Origin: Nymphaea colorata | Taxonomy: Eukaryota | Assembly (NCBI RefSeq): GCF_008831285.2 | Contig: NC_045138.2 | Location: 8,928,001 to 8,992,000 of the forward strand | Reading direction: 5' to 3' | DNA: 64,000 nt | Shown here: one piece after another, positions 58,273 to 64,000 of the stretch | How positions within the stretch are numbered: position 1 is the first letter of the stretch | Layout: every line of letters starts with the position of its first letter | Notes under the pieces: generated by a model | The model's database searches: none | Seen by the model: only the letters and a program-made list of their open reading frames with translations | Told to the model about the DNA's origin: nothing | Translations under genes and position numbers: made by a program

Positions 58273-61188
58273 ATTACATATATTAGTTATCTAATATATG
58301 TCTTATATGTATACATATATATATATTATATATATATATGGATATTAGGATACTTATGTAATTTTTCCCTTTTTTATGTATTTTTATTTTCCCCTTTTCT
58401 CCCCTTTTCTTTATCCTTATTCCCTAAAGGGGACTAGTCCCAACGGCTAGAATTCTAGCCGTTGGAACTAGTCCCAACGGTTGGCTCTCCTCTTTCTTTT
58501 GTTCTCTCCTCTATATATAGTGTAGGCTCCCCTCTCTTTAACCCATGGCTTGTTAAGCCACTTCTTGTATTATTGTTGAAGATAAATACATGTTTTCTTT
58601 ATCCTCTTGTTAGAGGACTCTTGTGTATTGCCTTGTTGAGTTAGTGGGAGATTCAAGAGTGATATTCTTGAAGTATTTGCCTAAGTTTTGGGCCTGATTT
58701 ACAAAGAGAAACAAACAATTGTGAGCAGGACTAGTTGAAAACCATGGAAGGAAAAGAGGAACAAATAAATAAGATGAAATTATTAGTAAGTACTACATTT
58801 CTATCAGAAAGAAGCTCATACATAATTATGTCCAATGTTCAAATATTTTCAAGCATAAATTGTTAAGATTGTATGATATGGATCATGTCACCCAGACCCG
58901 ACCCATTTGATCCACCCACACATCATGGACGGTGGTATACTTGTAATTCTTAATGTTGTCTTGTGTATTTTGTTTTGTACCCTAAATTGTGATTAGTATA
59001 TAATGATAACTAGAGGCAGACGTCAAGGTTGCTGCCCTCTTTCTTCTTTCTCTTTCTTAAACGTGCAGCCTATTTCTCTCTTCCTCCTCTTGCATCTAAC
59101 TTCATCTGGTGGTTTGGTGTAAGATATCAAAATCTTACATAAATTTCTGTCCTAGAAAGGATCCACCATTCATATGGTTCACCTTAAACTTTTTTCATTC
59201 TAGGAAATAGCCGTACATTGAAAACTTTTCGCTATCATGACCACCTGGATCTTTGGTCCTTTTAGGTTGCCACCAAATGCACAGATACAGACATACATAC
59301 ACGCAATAGTCACACAGTTTAGTGGCTGTTAAGCCCCATATCCATAGACAAAGAGAAATACCACCAACTAAAAGCTTTGCATTCCTAAAGTGAAATTCAA
59401 GAGAAAAATATCACCAAGATGCTTGTGTTTATAGAACAAAAATCTGAGAAGTTCTAACAAAGTTTTGAATACCTACGTATGATTCAGTATATCAATAAAA
59501 TGAGTTCATCAACAAAAACTCAAGTTCATATGTTTTCTAATTATAAAAAAAGACCAAAATAGTTATATGTTTCTCTCATGTTTTCTTTAACTGGCACAAG
59601 AAGCACAGTCTGTACAAGAGAGGATGTGCAGATTGGATTGTTTATTAAGAGCAATATTATTTGATAAATTGAATTATATCACTTATTTGTATTGCACTTG
59701 CTTACGTTCCCAAAACTGTATCAACATTTCAGTTGAACATGTAAAAGTTAAAAATACTAACAACAAGGCAATTTTAGGTTTTGATTTGTATCATAGTCCT
59801 TGATAAAATTCCCATAACGACATCCATATTTCAGTTAAACAAATAAACATTGAAAAATAACACAACAAACCAGTGGTAGGTTTTTTTTTTGGGAAAATTT
59901 TATGTAACTGAGTTTGAGAAGAAGATTGTGTCATTAAACAAATTATACTGTACCTCAAAGTTGCTGAGCAAAAAAAAAAAAGAGAGAAAATTTACATCTT
60001 TCAACACTATAACATCTATTTGAGATTGTTCAAGTGAAATTATGCTCTCATGCAGTGTCCAGCTGTTGTTTTTACCTGAGTAAAAATACCCTTGGCATTA
60101 GATATTCTCAACCGGCTTGCAATTTCTTTTGTCGCAAAGCTATCAGCTATTGATACTACAACATATCCGGCAAGAACAATGGCCAGGTATACAACCACTG
60201 AGGTTGTAGTCATCGGCATATCTATCGCAATTGCATCACCCTTATAGAACATTGCATCCAAAGCATTTGCCACTCTCCTGCAAACAAGGCTTTACTTGAG
60301 TCCCATTCAAAACAAGAAGCCATAAAAATTAAAAGAATGTGCAATATCCAAACAGTTTGTCCTTTCAGAGACCAGAAACTTATTTTCATTTACATCAATC
60401 AACATTAAGGCAGTTAAGCAAGTGGTCATGCAAGCATACATCACTTGGCTCCTAAGTTCACTTAGAGTCATATGCTTCACAGGATCCCCATCTTCTCCTT
60501 CATTTCTCCATATAATGGCCACACCATCATCCACTTTCCCAAGACTGTCCATAGGTGAAAGGCAACATTCAGCTATATTCAATCTCGACCCTGGTAGCCA
60601 TGTGACAGCATTCTTTCTTCTGTCTGAAGCATCAATGATAAGCTTTGGGCCTTCATGGAAAATAATTGAGAGCTCTTTCAGTATAAGAGACCAGTACACC
60701 TGGAAAATACTGACAAATATATCAGTCATCTGTGACCAAGATTTCAAAACATTAGTATGACAATATGGTTCCTTCACATGATACATAATATCAAAATTAT
60801 TTTACTAAAACCATAAAACTAAAATTATAATGTCTCTAAAAGCTTTGAAAAAGTTGCACAAGGAAAAAGTTAAGCAGATTTCAATCTAACTTTTTTAAAT
60901 GTAATTATGCTTCAAGGGAAGTTTAAAACATGAAACGAAAGAGGATATCAAAATTTTACTGCTTTAAAAACCTGAATTGGAATGCGGATTTAGTTACGCA
61001 CAGAATCTTCAAAAGTTCTTAAGGTTCTTATGAATTAATTGCAAGATAACATCATTACCTGTGGATGTTCAACAGAGAATTGTTGAAATTCTATGAAGCT
61101 TGTGATCGGATCTTTGTATGCATGACCCATCAAATTCCGACCATGAGTCTCCATTAACCTTCCCAAATTTGTCTGTCTAGAAGAATCC
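13569..61188 (-). CDS. AAE18: Probable acyl-activating enzyme 18, peroxisomal (AMP-dependent synthetase); 13 coding exons in window, 5' exon outside
   Basis: Exons 61188-61059, 60699-60440, 60277-60076, 47634-47594, 28039-27911, 15665-15592, 15512-15292, 15210-15116, 15006-14790, 14690-14565, 14215-14117, 14018-13812, 13682-13569; all GT-AG, phases join (1915 nt, 637 aa + stop). AMP-binding [52 protein letters not shown]; ends [11 protein letters not shown] favours AAE18 over AAE17 from recalled sequences. Confidence 0.92.
13812..14018 (-). CDS. AAE18: AAE18 exon
   Basis: [10 protein letters not shown]...[13 protein letters not shown] flanks. Confidence 0.92.
14117..14215 (-). CDS. AAE18: AAE18 exon
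   Basis: RLRRHGD...[13 protein letters not shown]; acceptor is AAG. Confidence 0.88.
14565..14690 (-). CDS. AAE18: AAE18 exon
   Basis: [14 protein letters not shown]...GMPTYKGM. Confidence 0.9.
14790..15006 (-). CDS. AAE18: AAE18 exon
   Basis: [18 protein letters not shown]...[12 protein letters not shown]...GNPY. Confidence 0.92.
15116..15210 (-). CDS. AAE18: AAE18 exon
   Basis: [18 protein letters not shown]...WSSI. Confidence 0.9.
15292..15512 (-). CDS. AAE18: AAE18 exon
   Basis: [14 protein letters not shown]...[11 protein letters not shown]...GFGKFVQ. Confidence 0.92.
15592..15665 (-). CDS. AAE18: AAE18 exon with AMP-binding P-loop
   Basis: [24 protein letters not shown]. Confidence 0.92.
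16129..18193 (-). mobile_element. Copia element B, 3' part (3' LTR 16129-16396, RT-RNase H ORF 16391-18139)
   Basis: 582-aa ORF with [32 protein letters not shown], ending LEGEC* through the PPT into the LTR. Confidence 0.92.
19160..24628 (-). mobile_element. Copia element D, full length (248-bp LTRs 19160-19407 and 24381-24628, TSD CTACA)
   Basis: CTACA at 19155-19159 and 24629-24633; PBS 24369-24380; PPT; 4 LTR substitutions. Confidence 0.97.
19525..23727 (-). CDS. Copia Gag-Pol polyprotein of D, with premature stop near the end of RNase H
   Basis: Gag CCHC knuckle, WIVDSGAT protease, integrase, RT YVDD, RNase H; TAC>TAA removes the last 41 aa relative to element N. Confidence 0.93.
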   Translation of the reverse strand: MAASSSSTVNTNPTEIGAFRTENVPMQVITLRLTKENYFSWSPAMTMGIAGRGRMAYIDGSNPEPARTSDVWHTWFLENNQVKTWIVNSVSADIQPLILRKKTARNMWVVLEQMYGQKKTAIRTYQVMKTVYGIRQGNSSVAEYYGALKAKWEELDYHSDIPWHCPHDQALYVAYEWENRVFLFLAGLNDEFEGVRSQILNSGEVSSIEDVYSCIEAEEQRRLVTKDRKKELVPYNERSALVSRGPGGPSRSLRRCTHCKKTGHTVDYCWDLHPEKKGNKGRSSIGRTPVSEVQASSGEKVSISADQLRELRAYLGRIDVNKIETSEGTTANHALAVIGNQGNSSVGEWIVDSGATHHMTGNPKLFHEYKLSSGKERVSLADGSSTCVAGEGTLSLLDKFHVQGALHVPQFPLNLLSVSRLTKELNCELIFSADRCVLQDLVTGKRIGIGLASNGLYRLPIRVATALLTAICKTDKRREDCLQSFMYWHERFGHLPFGILKHLFPDLCSSFDLSSISCDVCQFAKHVRASYPLSSSCANEVFSLIHSDVWGPSGIHTRQGFQYFITFIDDFSRATFIYLLKDRSEVPRIIETFILLVHTQYGANVKTFRSDNAREYMCQPVEEFLRQRGIVHETSCSYTPPQNGVAERKNRQLLNVTRALLFQRNLPKHYWGDAVLISAYLINRMPSRVLNGRTPHSLLPSSRPPFLLPPRVFGCVCFIHDHSPNVKKLDPRSIKGVFVGYSPTQKRYKCIDPITGRAYVTRDVTFLEHASYFGANPLQGEQSVGREEYSQRQELQFIDFLDYKKAESLNTVDVPEKEERGDNSIEKEGPQLFGQFYSRRGTRTEVMTCDARSTSNPNATPSLDEPSPTKETVETHDEVEKKNDDLPIVLRKGVRSCTQHPIGNFVSYSRLGKDYKCFVSTLSLAVIPRTVAEAQSDSKWADAMKEEIDALRRNLTWEVVKIPEVAHLVGSKWVYTIKYKPDGSVERYKARLVAKGFSQKYGIDYLETFAPVAKMKTVRVVISLAVMKEWKMYQLDVKNAFLNGDLEEEVYMHMPPGYEEPEKCCKLKKALYGLKQSPRAWFERLRRVMIRHGYKQGNGDHTLFVKKKESRVTLLLVYVDDMIVTGDDEEEIIKLKGLLATEFDLKDLGKLRYFLGMEVARSSTGLVLNQRKYTLDLLEETGKLGCRPTPTPFDTGHKLSLRDGEPLCEEDKGRYQRLVGKLIYLTLTRPDITFAVNVLSQFMHAPTDAHLKAVDRVLCYLKKNPGKGLLYVKQETVEIEGYSDADWAGCGDTRRSTTGYCVYLGGNLVVWRSKRQDFCSRSSAEAEYRAVAMGVSELLWLKILLTDIGIEIEGPMKMYCDNKSAINLANNLVLHDRTKHVEIDRHFIRERIDAKELILP
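24703..26260 (+). mobile_element. Copia gag-protease segment without LTR (ATG 24780), probably the inverted 5' part of B
   Basis: ORF 24768-26297 homologous to D/N Gag-PR up to WHERLG; opposite strand to B RT. Confidence 0.8.
27911..28039 (-). CDS. AAE18: AAE18 exon
   Basis: [15 protein letters not shown]...[21 protein letters not shown] / GTAT flanks. Confidence 0.9.
28619..28725. repeat. Poly(T) tract and 20-bp tandem repeat (CAGCCTCACGGTTGACACTC x2.3)
   Basis: Directly visible. Confidence 0.85.
30765..31318. mobile_element. hAT-superfamily MITE, 554 bp
   Basis: 8-bp TSD CATGGAGC (30757-30764, 31319-31326); 19-bp TIR CTA(T/C)GTCACACGGATACGG; subterminal ACGGATACGG/ACACGG repeats. Confidence 0.93.
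32200..33197 (+). mobile_element. Copia element J, 3' part (RT end, RNase H, 3' LTR 32920-33197), H/I family
   Basis: [27 protein letters not shown]; closely parallels 7947-8640; PPT-like GAGGGAAAC before LTR. Confidence 0.85.
33506..33786 (+). mobile_element. hAT-like non-autonomous terminal sequence
   Basis: Starts CAAGGATGAAGCCAA; aligns over ~280 bp in inverted orientation with 47180-47488. Confidence 0.5.
33787..33960 (+). mobile_element. PIF/Harbinger (Tourist-like) left terminus
   Basis: TAA then GGGCCCGTTTGATT; repeated GGGTGAAATTTCACCC-type subterminal palindromes; right end not found. Confidence 0.55.
36451..37825 (-). mobile_element. Copia element F, 5' part (LTR 37531-37825, PBS, gag), C family
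   Basis: GCTCTGATACCA 37519-37530; gag [22 protein letters not shown] from 37300; truncated about 36451. Confidence 0.9.
39069..44328 (+). mobile_element. Copia element G, full length but defective (LTRs 39069-39459 and 43954-44328, TSD CATAG)
   Basis: CATAG at 39064-39068 and 44329-44333; PBS 39460-39471; Gag-PR-INT ORF 39669-42347, broken RT, RNase H ending 43940. Confidence 0.95.
45531..46112 (-). mobile_element. Truncated LTR element: 5' LTR 45830-46112, decayed PBS and leader
   Basis: TG..CA bounded; GGTCTGATAACA at 45818-45829 resembles a reverse-complement Met-i PBS; terminal hairpin similar to other LTRs here. Confidence 0.6.
47150..47488 (-). mobile_element. hAT-like non-autonomous terminal sequence
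   Basis: Reverse complement starts CAGGGGAAGAGCCAA, like the terminus at 3218-3232; homologous to 33506-33786. Confidence 0.6.
47594..47634 (-). CDS. AAE18: AAE18 41-bp exon
   Basis: [19 protein letters not shown] / GTAAT flanks; phases fit neighbours. Confidence 0.9.
51954..57300 (-). mobile_element. Copia element N, intact (identical 249-bp LTRs 51954-52202 and 57052-57300, TSD CTTAA)
   Basis: CTTAA at 51949-51953 and 57301-57305; perfect PBS 57040-57051; PPT GAGGGGGAG; same family as D. Confidence 0.97.
52197..56522 (-). CDS. Intact copia Gag-Pol polyprotein (1441 aa)
   Basis: Uninterrupted from ATG 56522 (MAASSSS) through Gag, protease (DSG), integrase, RT (YVDD), RNase H to LEGEC*. 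Confidence 0.95.
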   Translation of the reverse strand: MAASSSSTVNTNPTEIGAFRTENVPMQVITLRLTKDNYFSWSPAMTMGIAGRGRMAYIDGSNPEPARTSDVWHTWFLEDNQVKTWIVNSVSADIQPLILRKKTARDMWVVLEQMYGQKKTAIRTYQVMKTVYGIRQGTSSVAEYYGALKAKWEELDYHSDIPWHCPHDQALYVAHEWENRVFLFLAGLNDEFEGVRSQILNSGEVSSIEDVYSCVEAEEQRRLVTKEGKRELVPYNERSALVSRGPGGPSRSLRRCTHCKKTGHTVDYCWDLHPEKKGNRGRSLTGRTPVSEVQASSGEKVSISADQLRELRAYLGRLDVNKTETSEGTTANHALAAIGNQGNSSVGEWIVDSGATHHMTGNPKLFHEYKLSSGRERVSLADGSSTCVAGEGTLSLLDKFHVQGALHVPQFPLNLLSVSRLTKELNCELIFSADRCVLQDLVTGKRIGIGLASDGLYRLPIRVATALLTAIRKTDKRREDCLQSFMYWHERFGHLPFGILKHLFPDLCSSFDVSSISCDVCQFAKHVRASYPLSSSCANEAFSLIHSDVWGPSGIHTRQGFQYFITFIDDFSRATFIYLLKDRSEVPRIIETFILLVHTQYGANVKTFRSDNAREYMCRPVEEFLRQRGIVHETSCSYTPPQNGVAERKNRQLLNVTRALLFQRNLPKHYWGDAVLTSAYLINRMPSRVLNGRTPHSLLPGSRPPFPLPPRVFGCVCFIHDHSPNVKKLDPRSIKGVFVGYSPTQKGYKCIDPITGRAYVTRDVTFLEHASYFGVNPLQGEQSVGREEYSQRQELQFIDFLDYKKTESLNTVDVPENEERGDNSIEKEGPQLFGQFYSRRGTRTEVMTCDARSTSNPNATPSLDEPSPTEETVETHDEVEKKNDDLPIALRKGVRSCTQHPIGNFVSYSRLGKDYKCFVSTLSLAVIPRTVAEAQSDSKWADAMKEEIDALRRNLTWEVVKIPEAAHLVGSKWVYTIKYKPDGSVERYKARLVAKGFSQKYGIDYLETFAPVAKMKTVRVVISLAVMKEWKMYQLDVKNAFLNGDLEEEVYMHMPPGYEEPEMCCKLKKALYGLKQSPRAWFERLRRVMIRHGYKQGNGDHTLFVKKKESKVTLLLVYVDDMIVTGDDEEEIIKLKGLLATEFDLKDLGKLRYFLGMEVARSSTGLVLNQRKYTLDLLEETGKLGCRPTPTPFDTGHKLSLRDGEPLCEEDKGRYQRLVGKLIYLTLTRPDITFVVNVLSQFMHAPTDAHLKAVDRVLCYLKKNPGKGLLYVKQETVEIEGYSDADWAGCGDTRRSTTGYCVYLGGNLVVWRSKRQDVCSRSSAEAEYRAVAMGVSELLWLKILLTDIGIEIEGPMKMYCDNKSAINLANNPVLHDRTKHVEIDRHFIRERIDAKELILPYMKSEDQTADVLTKALPSASFERNVSKLGMFDMYAQLEGEC
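58861..59139 (+). mobile_element. Solo LTR (H/I/J family), TSD TAAAT
   Basis: TG..CA, 279 bp, TAAAT at 58856-58860 and 59140-59144, no PBS or PPT; similar to 32920-33197. Confidence 0.92.
60076..60277 (-). CDS. AAE18: AAE18 exon
   Basis: [23 protein letters not shown]...SIADSF...KGIFTQ. Confidence 0.92.
60440..60699 (-). CDS. AAE18: AAE18 exon
   Basis: [11 protein letters not shown]...[14 protein letters not shown]...ELRSQV. Confidence 0.92.
61059..61188 (-). CDS. AAE18: AAE18 exon (most 5' in window)
   Basis: [15 protein letters not shown]...YKDPITSF...FSVEHPQ; TGACAG / GTAAT flanks. Confidence 0.9.
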
Positions 61189-62125
61189 CTGTCATATTAA
61201 AAGACCAATGTGAATGATTTTAGAAAATCCCCAAATTAGAAAAACCTCTACTGCTGTCAATTGGGGAAATAGTCAAACAGTTCCGCTCAATGATCATATT
61301 TTCACAACAGGCAAACTCCTTCATATTAATAAGGGACAAGCTGTTCGAAGCTGATTTTGATATGGATTCCAAAATATCTTTCTCTCAAGTACATTATTAA
61401 AATGGCACACCAACCCACTGCAGCACATAGCCAGGAGAATTCACTAAGTTGAACAGGTTATAGAGTGATATAGCACCTATATTACATTGCATCCAAAATT
61501 GTTATCAAGACAACTAATTTGATTCAGAAATAAATGTTACAAATTCTCCTAAAAGTCTTCTAGCCACTACTCATTAGGACAATCTTACATAATTTGCTAA
61601 AATTATCTATCTAATCATTAATTCATTCAGCAAGTGTTAGCTCTTACCACCAAATTTTGGCAAAATAACTATAAAAGTTAATGAGAAGTTCTTCAAAGGA
61701 AATTGTTTATCAAGAGCTCCAGGTTCTTTTACTGTTAAGGAAATCTCTAATCATGCCAATCTAGCCAGAACTGATCATGATTTGCCAAATACAGAAAGGC
61801 AATAAACAACCCTGGTGCAGCTGTTTCCTTATATCAAAAAGATAAATTTGACAAAAAAATGAAAATATTTCCTAAATATAAAGAAAACCAATGTTATCAA
61901 ACTGCATTTTAACAAACTATTCAATATAATGGGGAACTCTCCTCTCATTATGAACATGAAAAAGAAGAAGAGAGAACACACTTGACAGCTGTAAATGTCA
62001 ACTTATACAAGTCGAACCATGTTATCTCCTTTGTGTTATTTTATATACCTTCATCACTGTGAAATTCCAATCAACCATAGTGACAATAATTGAATCTCCA
62101 CAGCATAACAATCAGAAAACAGAAA

Positions 62126-62478
62126 TGTGCACCATGGCACCACACTGAAAAAGGAATTCCATTATTAAATCACTCAGAGAGATACACAGAGCATTAGTGA
62201 AAAATATCTAGAAAGTAGAAAGAGACTTCCAACAGTGGCCATTACATTCAATATATAGTTGGTTGCTGTTGTTCTAGCTCCAATGGCTAGATAACTAACT
62301 GTTGGAGCTTATTTTTGCTGCATGAGGTTGCAGCAAAAATAAAAAACAGAAATAAAAATAGAAATAAAAGAAAATTGTTTTACGAGAATAAACCTATGTA
62401 TAGTGTATTCATCACAAGTATATGTACACATATATACTCATGAGTAGATATACCATATACTTACATTTAGTTCTAACA
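62126..62478 (-). mobile_element. Decayed LTR-like sequence related to L/M LTRs
   Basis: Reverse complement starts TGTTAGAACTAAATGTAAGTATA like 62562; decayed CCAATGGCTAG hairpin; no matching TSD; left end uncertain. Confidence 0.4.
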
Positions 62479-62561
62479 TATCACATGGTATCAAAGCCCC
62501 TCGTTTTGAAATCTCCACTTCCACATAAGGAAATGGCCAGCTGCAGTTTTATAGTGATCAC

Positions 62562-64000
62562 TGTTAGAAATATAATGTAAGTATACATACATGTTTTGAT
62601 ATCTACTGTCATATATTTTAAACTCCTAGCAGTTTGATGTATGATTTGTATATATAAATATATGTGTGTATACATAGGACTTCTTGTATTTATTTTTTCT
62701 TATTTTTTCTTTATTTTTTGTGCCTTTTTTCTGAACTTTTTCCTTTTTTATTTTGATAAGGAAGTAGCTGTTGGGAGTTCCCAACGGCTAGATTTCTAGC
62801 CGTTGGGAGCTCCAACAGCCACTTCCTCTCCCTCCTTTCTTCTTTGTTTCTTGTATAAATAGGGCACTTGGGACCCTTGTTATTTTATGAATTTTTAGCC
62901 TCTTCTTATATACTTTGTCAAGATTAATACATTTTTCTTGTCCTCAAGTTTGAGGTTCTTTTTGTGTGTTACTTATTGAAGTACTTGTCCTCAAGAAAAC
63001 CCACACTATGAAGGATGTAGCTTACATGTGCAATCTTCAAATGAAGATTGCAAGTCTCCAACAAGGGGACAAGTCCATTAAGGAATACGTTGGAGAAATG
63101 GAGCAACTATGGGACGAACTTGCTCTATTTGAACCCGAATGGTATGATCCAAGAGACATTGGAGTAAGGGAAAAACAAATCTAAAGGAAAAAATTTTATA
63201 AATTTATTCTTGGTCTTAGACCGGAATATGATGGAGTCAAAACTTCCTTGCTCCATAGACATAAAGTGCCACCCATGAATGAAGCCATAGCGGAGCTTCA
63301 AATGGAAGAAAATAGACTCAATTTTTCTAAAGAAAAGAGTGAAAATGTTCTTGCTACCTTAAGACCCGACGCTCATATGAGAACTTATAGGCCTCCTCAC
63401 TTTAATCGAAATTATGAGGATAAAGGCAACAAGAAAATTATATGTTTTCATTGTCAAGAAGAAGGACATACTAAACCTAGATGTCCTAAATTGAGGAAAT
63501 TTGATAGAAAAACAAGTATGGCTGGGACAATGTATGAAGAAAGCAATCGATTTGACTTAGACAAGCTTGTAAGTGCTCTCCAACCAACTTATTGATGTTC
63601 TTCAACCACTTTTCAAAGGAGGAGAGGCTTCTCCAACTTCTGGAGCAACGGTGGCATCTACATCATCAAGTAAGTACTCTTGGATACTTGATTTCGGAGC
63701 TTCATTTCATATGACCCCTTGTAGTTCACTACTTACCGAATGCACTAAGGAAGAATCGTGCCTTTTTGTCAAAACCGCCGATGGAACTCCTCTTTAAATC
63801 AAATGTGTTGGGAATATTGATCAAAATTTTAATTCAAAAGTTTTCAAAATACCAAAAGTTAGATTTATCCCCAAACTTAACTTAAATCTCTTGTCGGTTT
63901 CTCAAATAACCAATCATGGATGTGATATTATCTTCTCACAAAATAAATTTTTGATACAGGACCATCTTTCCATGAAGACGATTAAGGAAGGTTCTAAGAA
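62562..64000 (+). mobile_element. Copia element M (L family), decayed, runs off the window
   Basis: LTR from 62562 joined at about 62990 directly to mid-gag (KKTHTMKDVAY); zinc knuckle, WILDFGASFHMT; several stops. Confidence 0.88.

Larger units (their letters stand above)
47936..58703 (+). mobile_element. Copia element L (LTRs 47936-48394 and 58195-58703, TSD AAGAG), defective, RT interrupted by N
   Basis: AAGAG at 47931-47935 and 58704-58708; PBS 48395-48406; broken gag from 48746; ORF 49366-51953; RT/RNase H resumes 57301-58181; TA-rich LTR. Related to G. Confidence 0.95.

Overview
Plant (angiosperm-type) nuclear DNA. The only intact host gene is a minus-strand peroxisomal acyl-activating enzyme of the AAE18 type. 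I can trace 13 coding exons from 61188 down to the stop at 13569 with GT-AG junctions and a continuous frame ending in -SKL; the first exon lies beyond 64000. Three introns (12.2, 19.6, 12.4 kb) are swollen by about a dozen nested Ty1/copia LTR retrotransposons, many with exact 5-bp TSDs, plus a hAT MITE, a solo LTR and an antisense intron-containing CSLC glycosyltransferase fragment that is itself split by a copia insertion. One copia copy (51954-57300) has identical LTRs and an intact 1441-aa ORF. The first 13 kb is decayed hAT, LINE and copia sequence. Most interesting signals: a ~290-nt protease-spanning intron in six to seven copia copies that gives spliced Gag a shared acidic-Trp tail in an overlapping frame, paired MSA motifs and a shared GGATCGGGTC hairpin in LTRs, an LTR 19 nt from a host splice acceptor, and an inverted gag segment inside a four-level nest. 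No rRNA, tRNA gene or CRISPR array was seen. All identities and counts were read by eye; no search was run. Element letters are my own labels.
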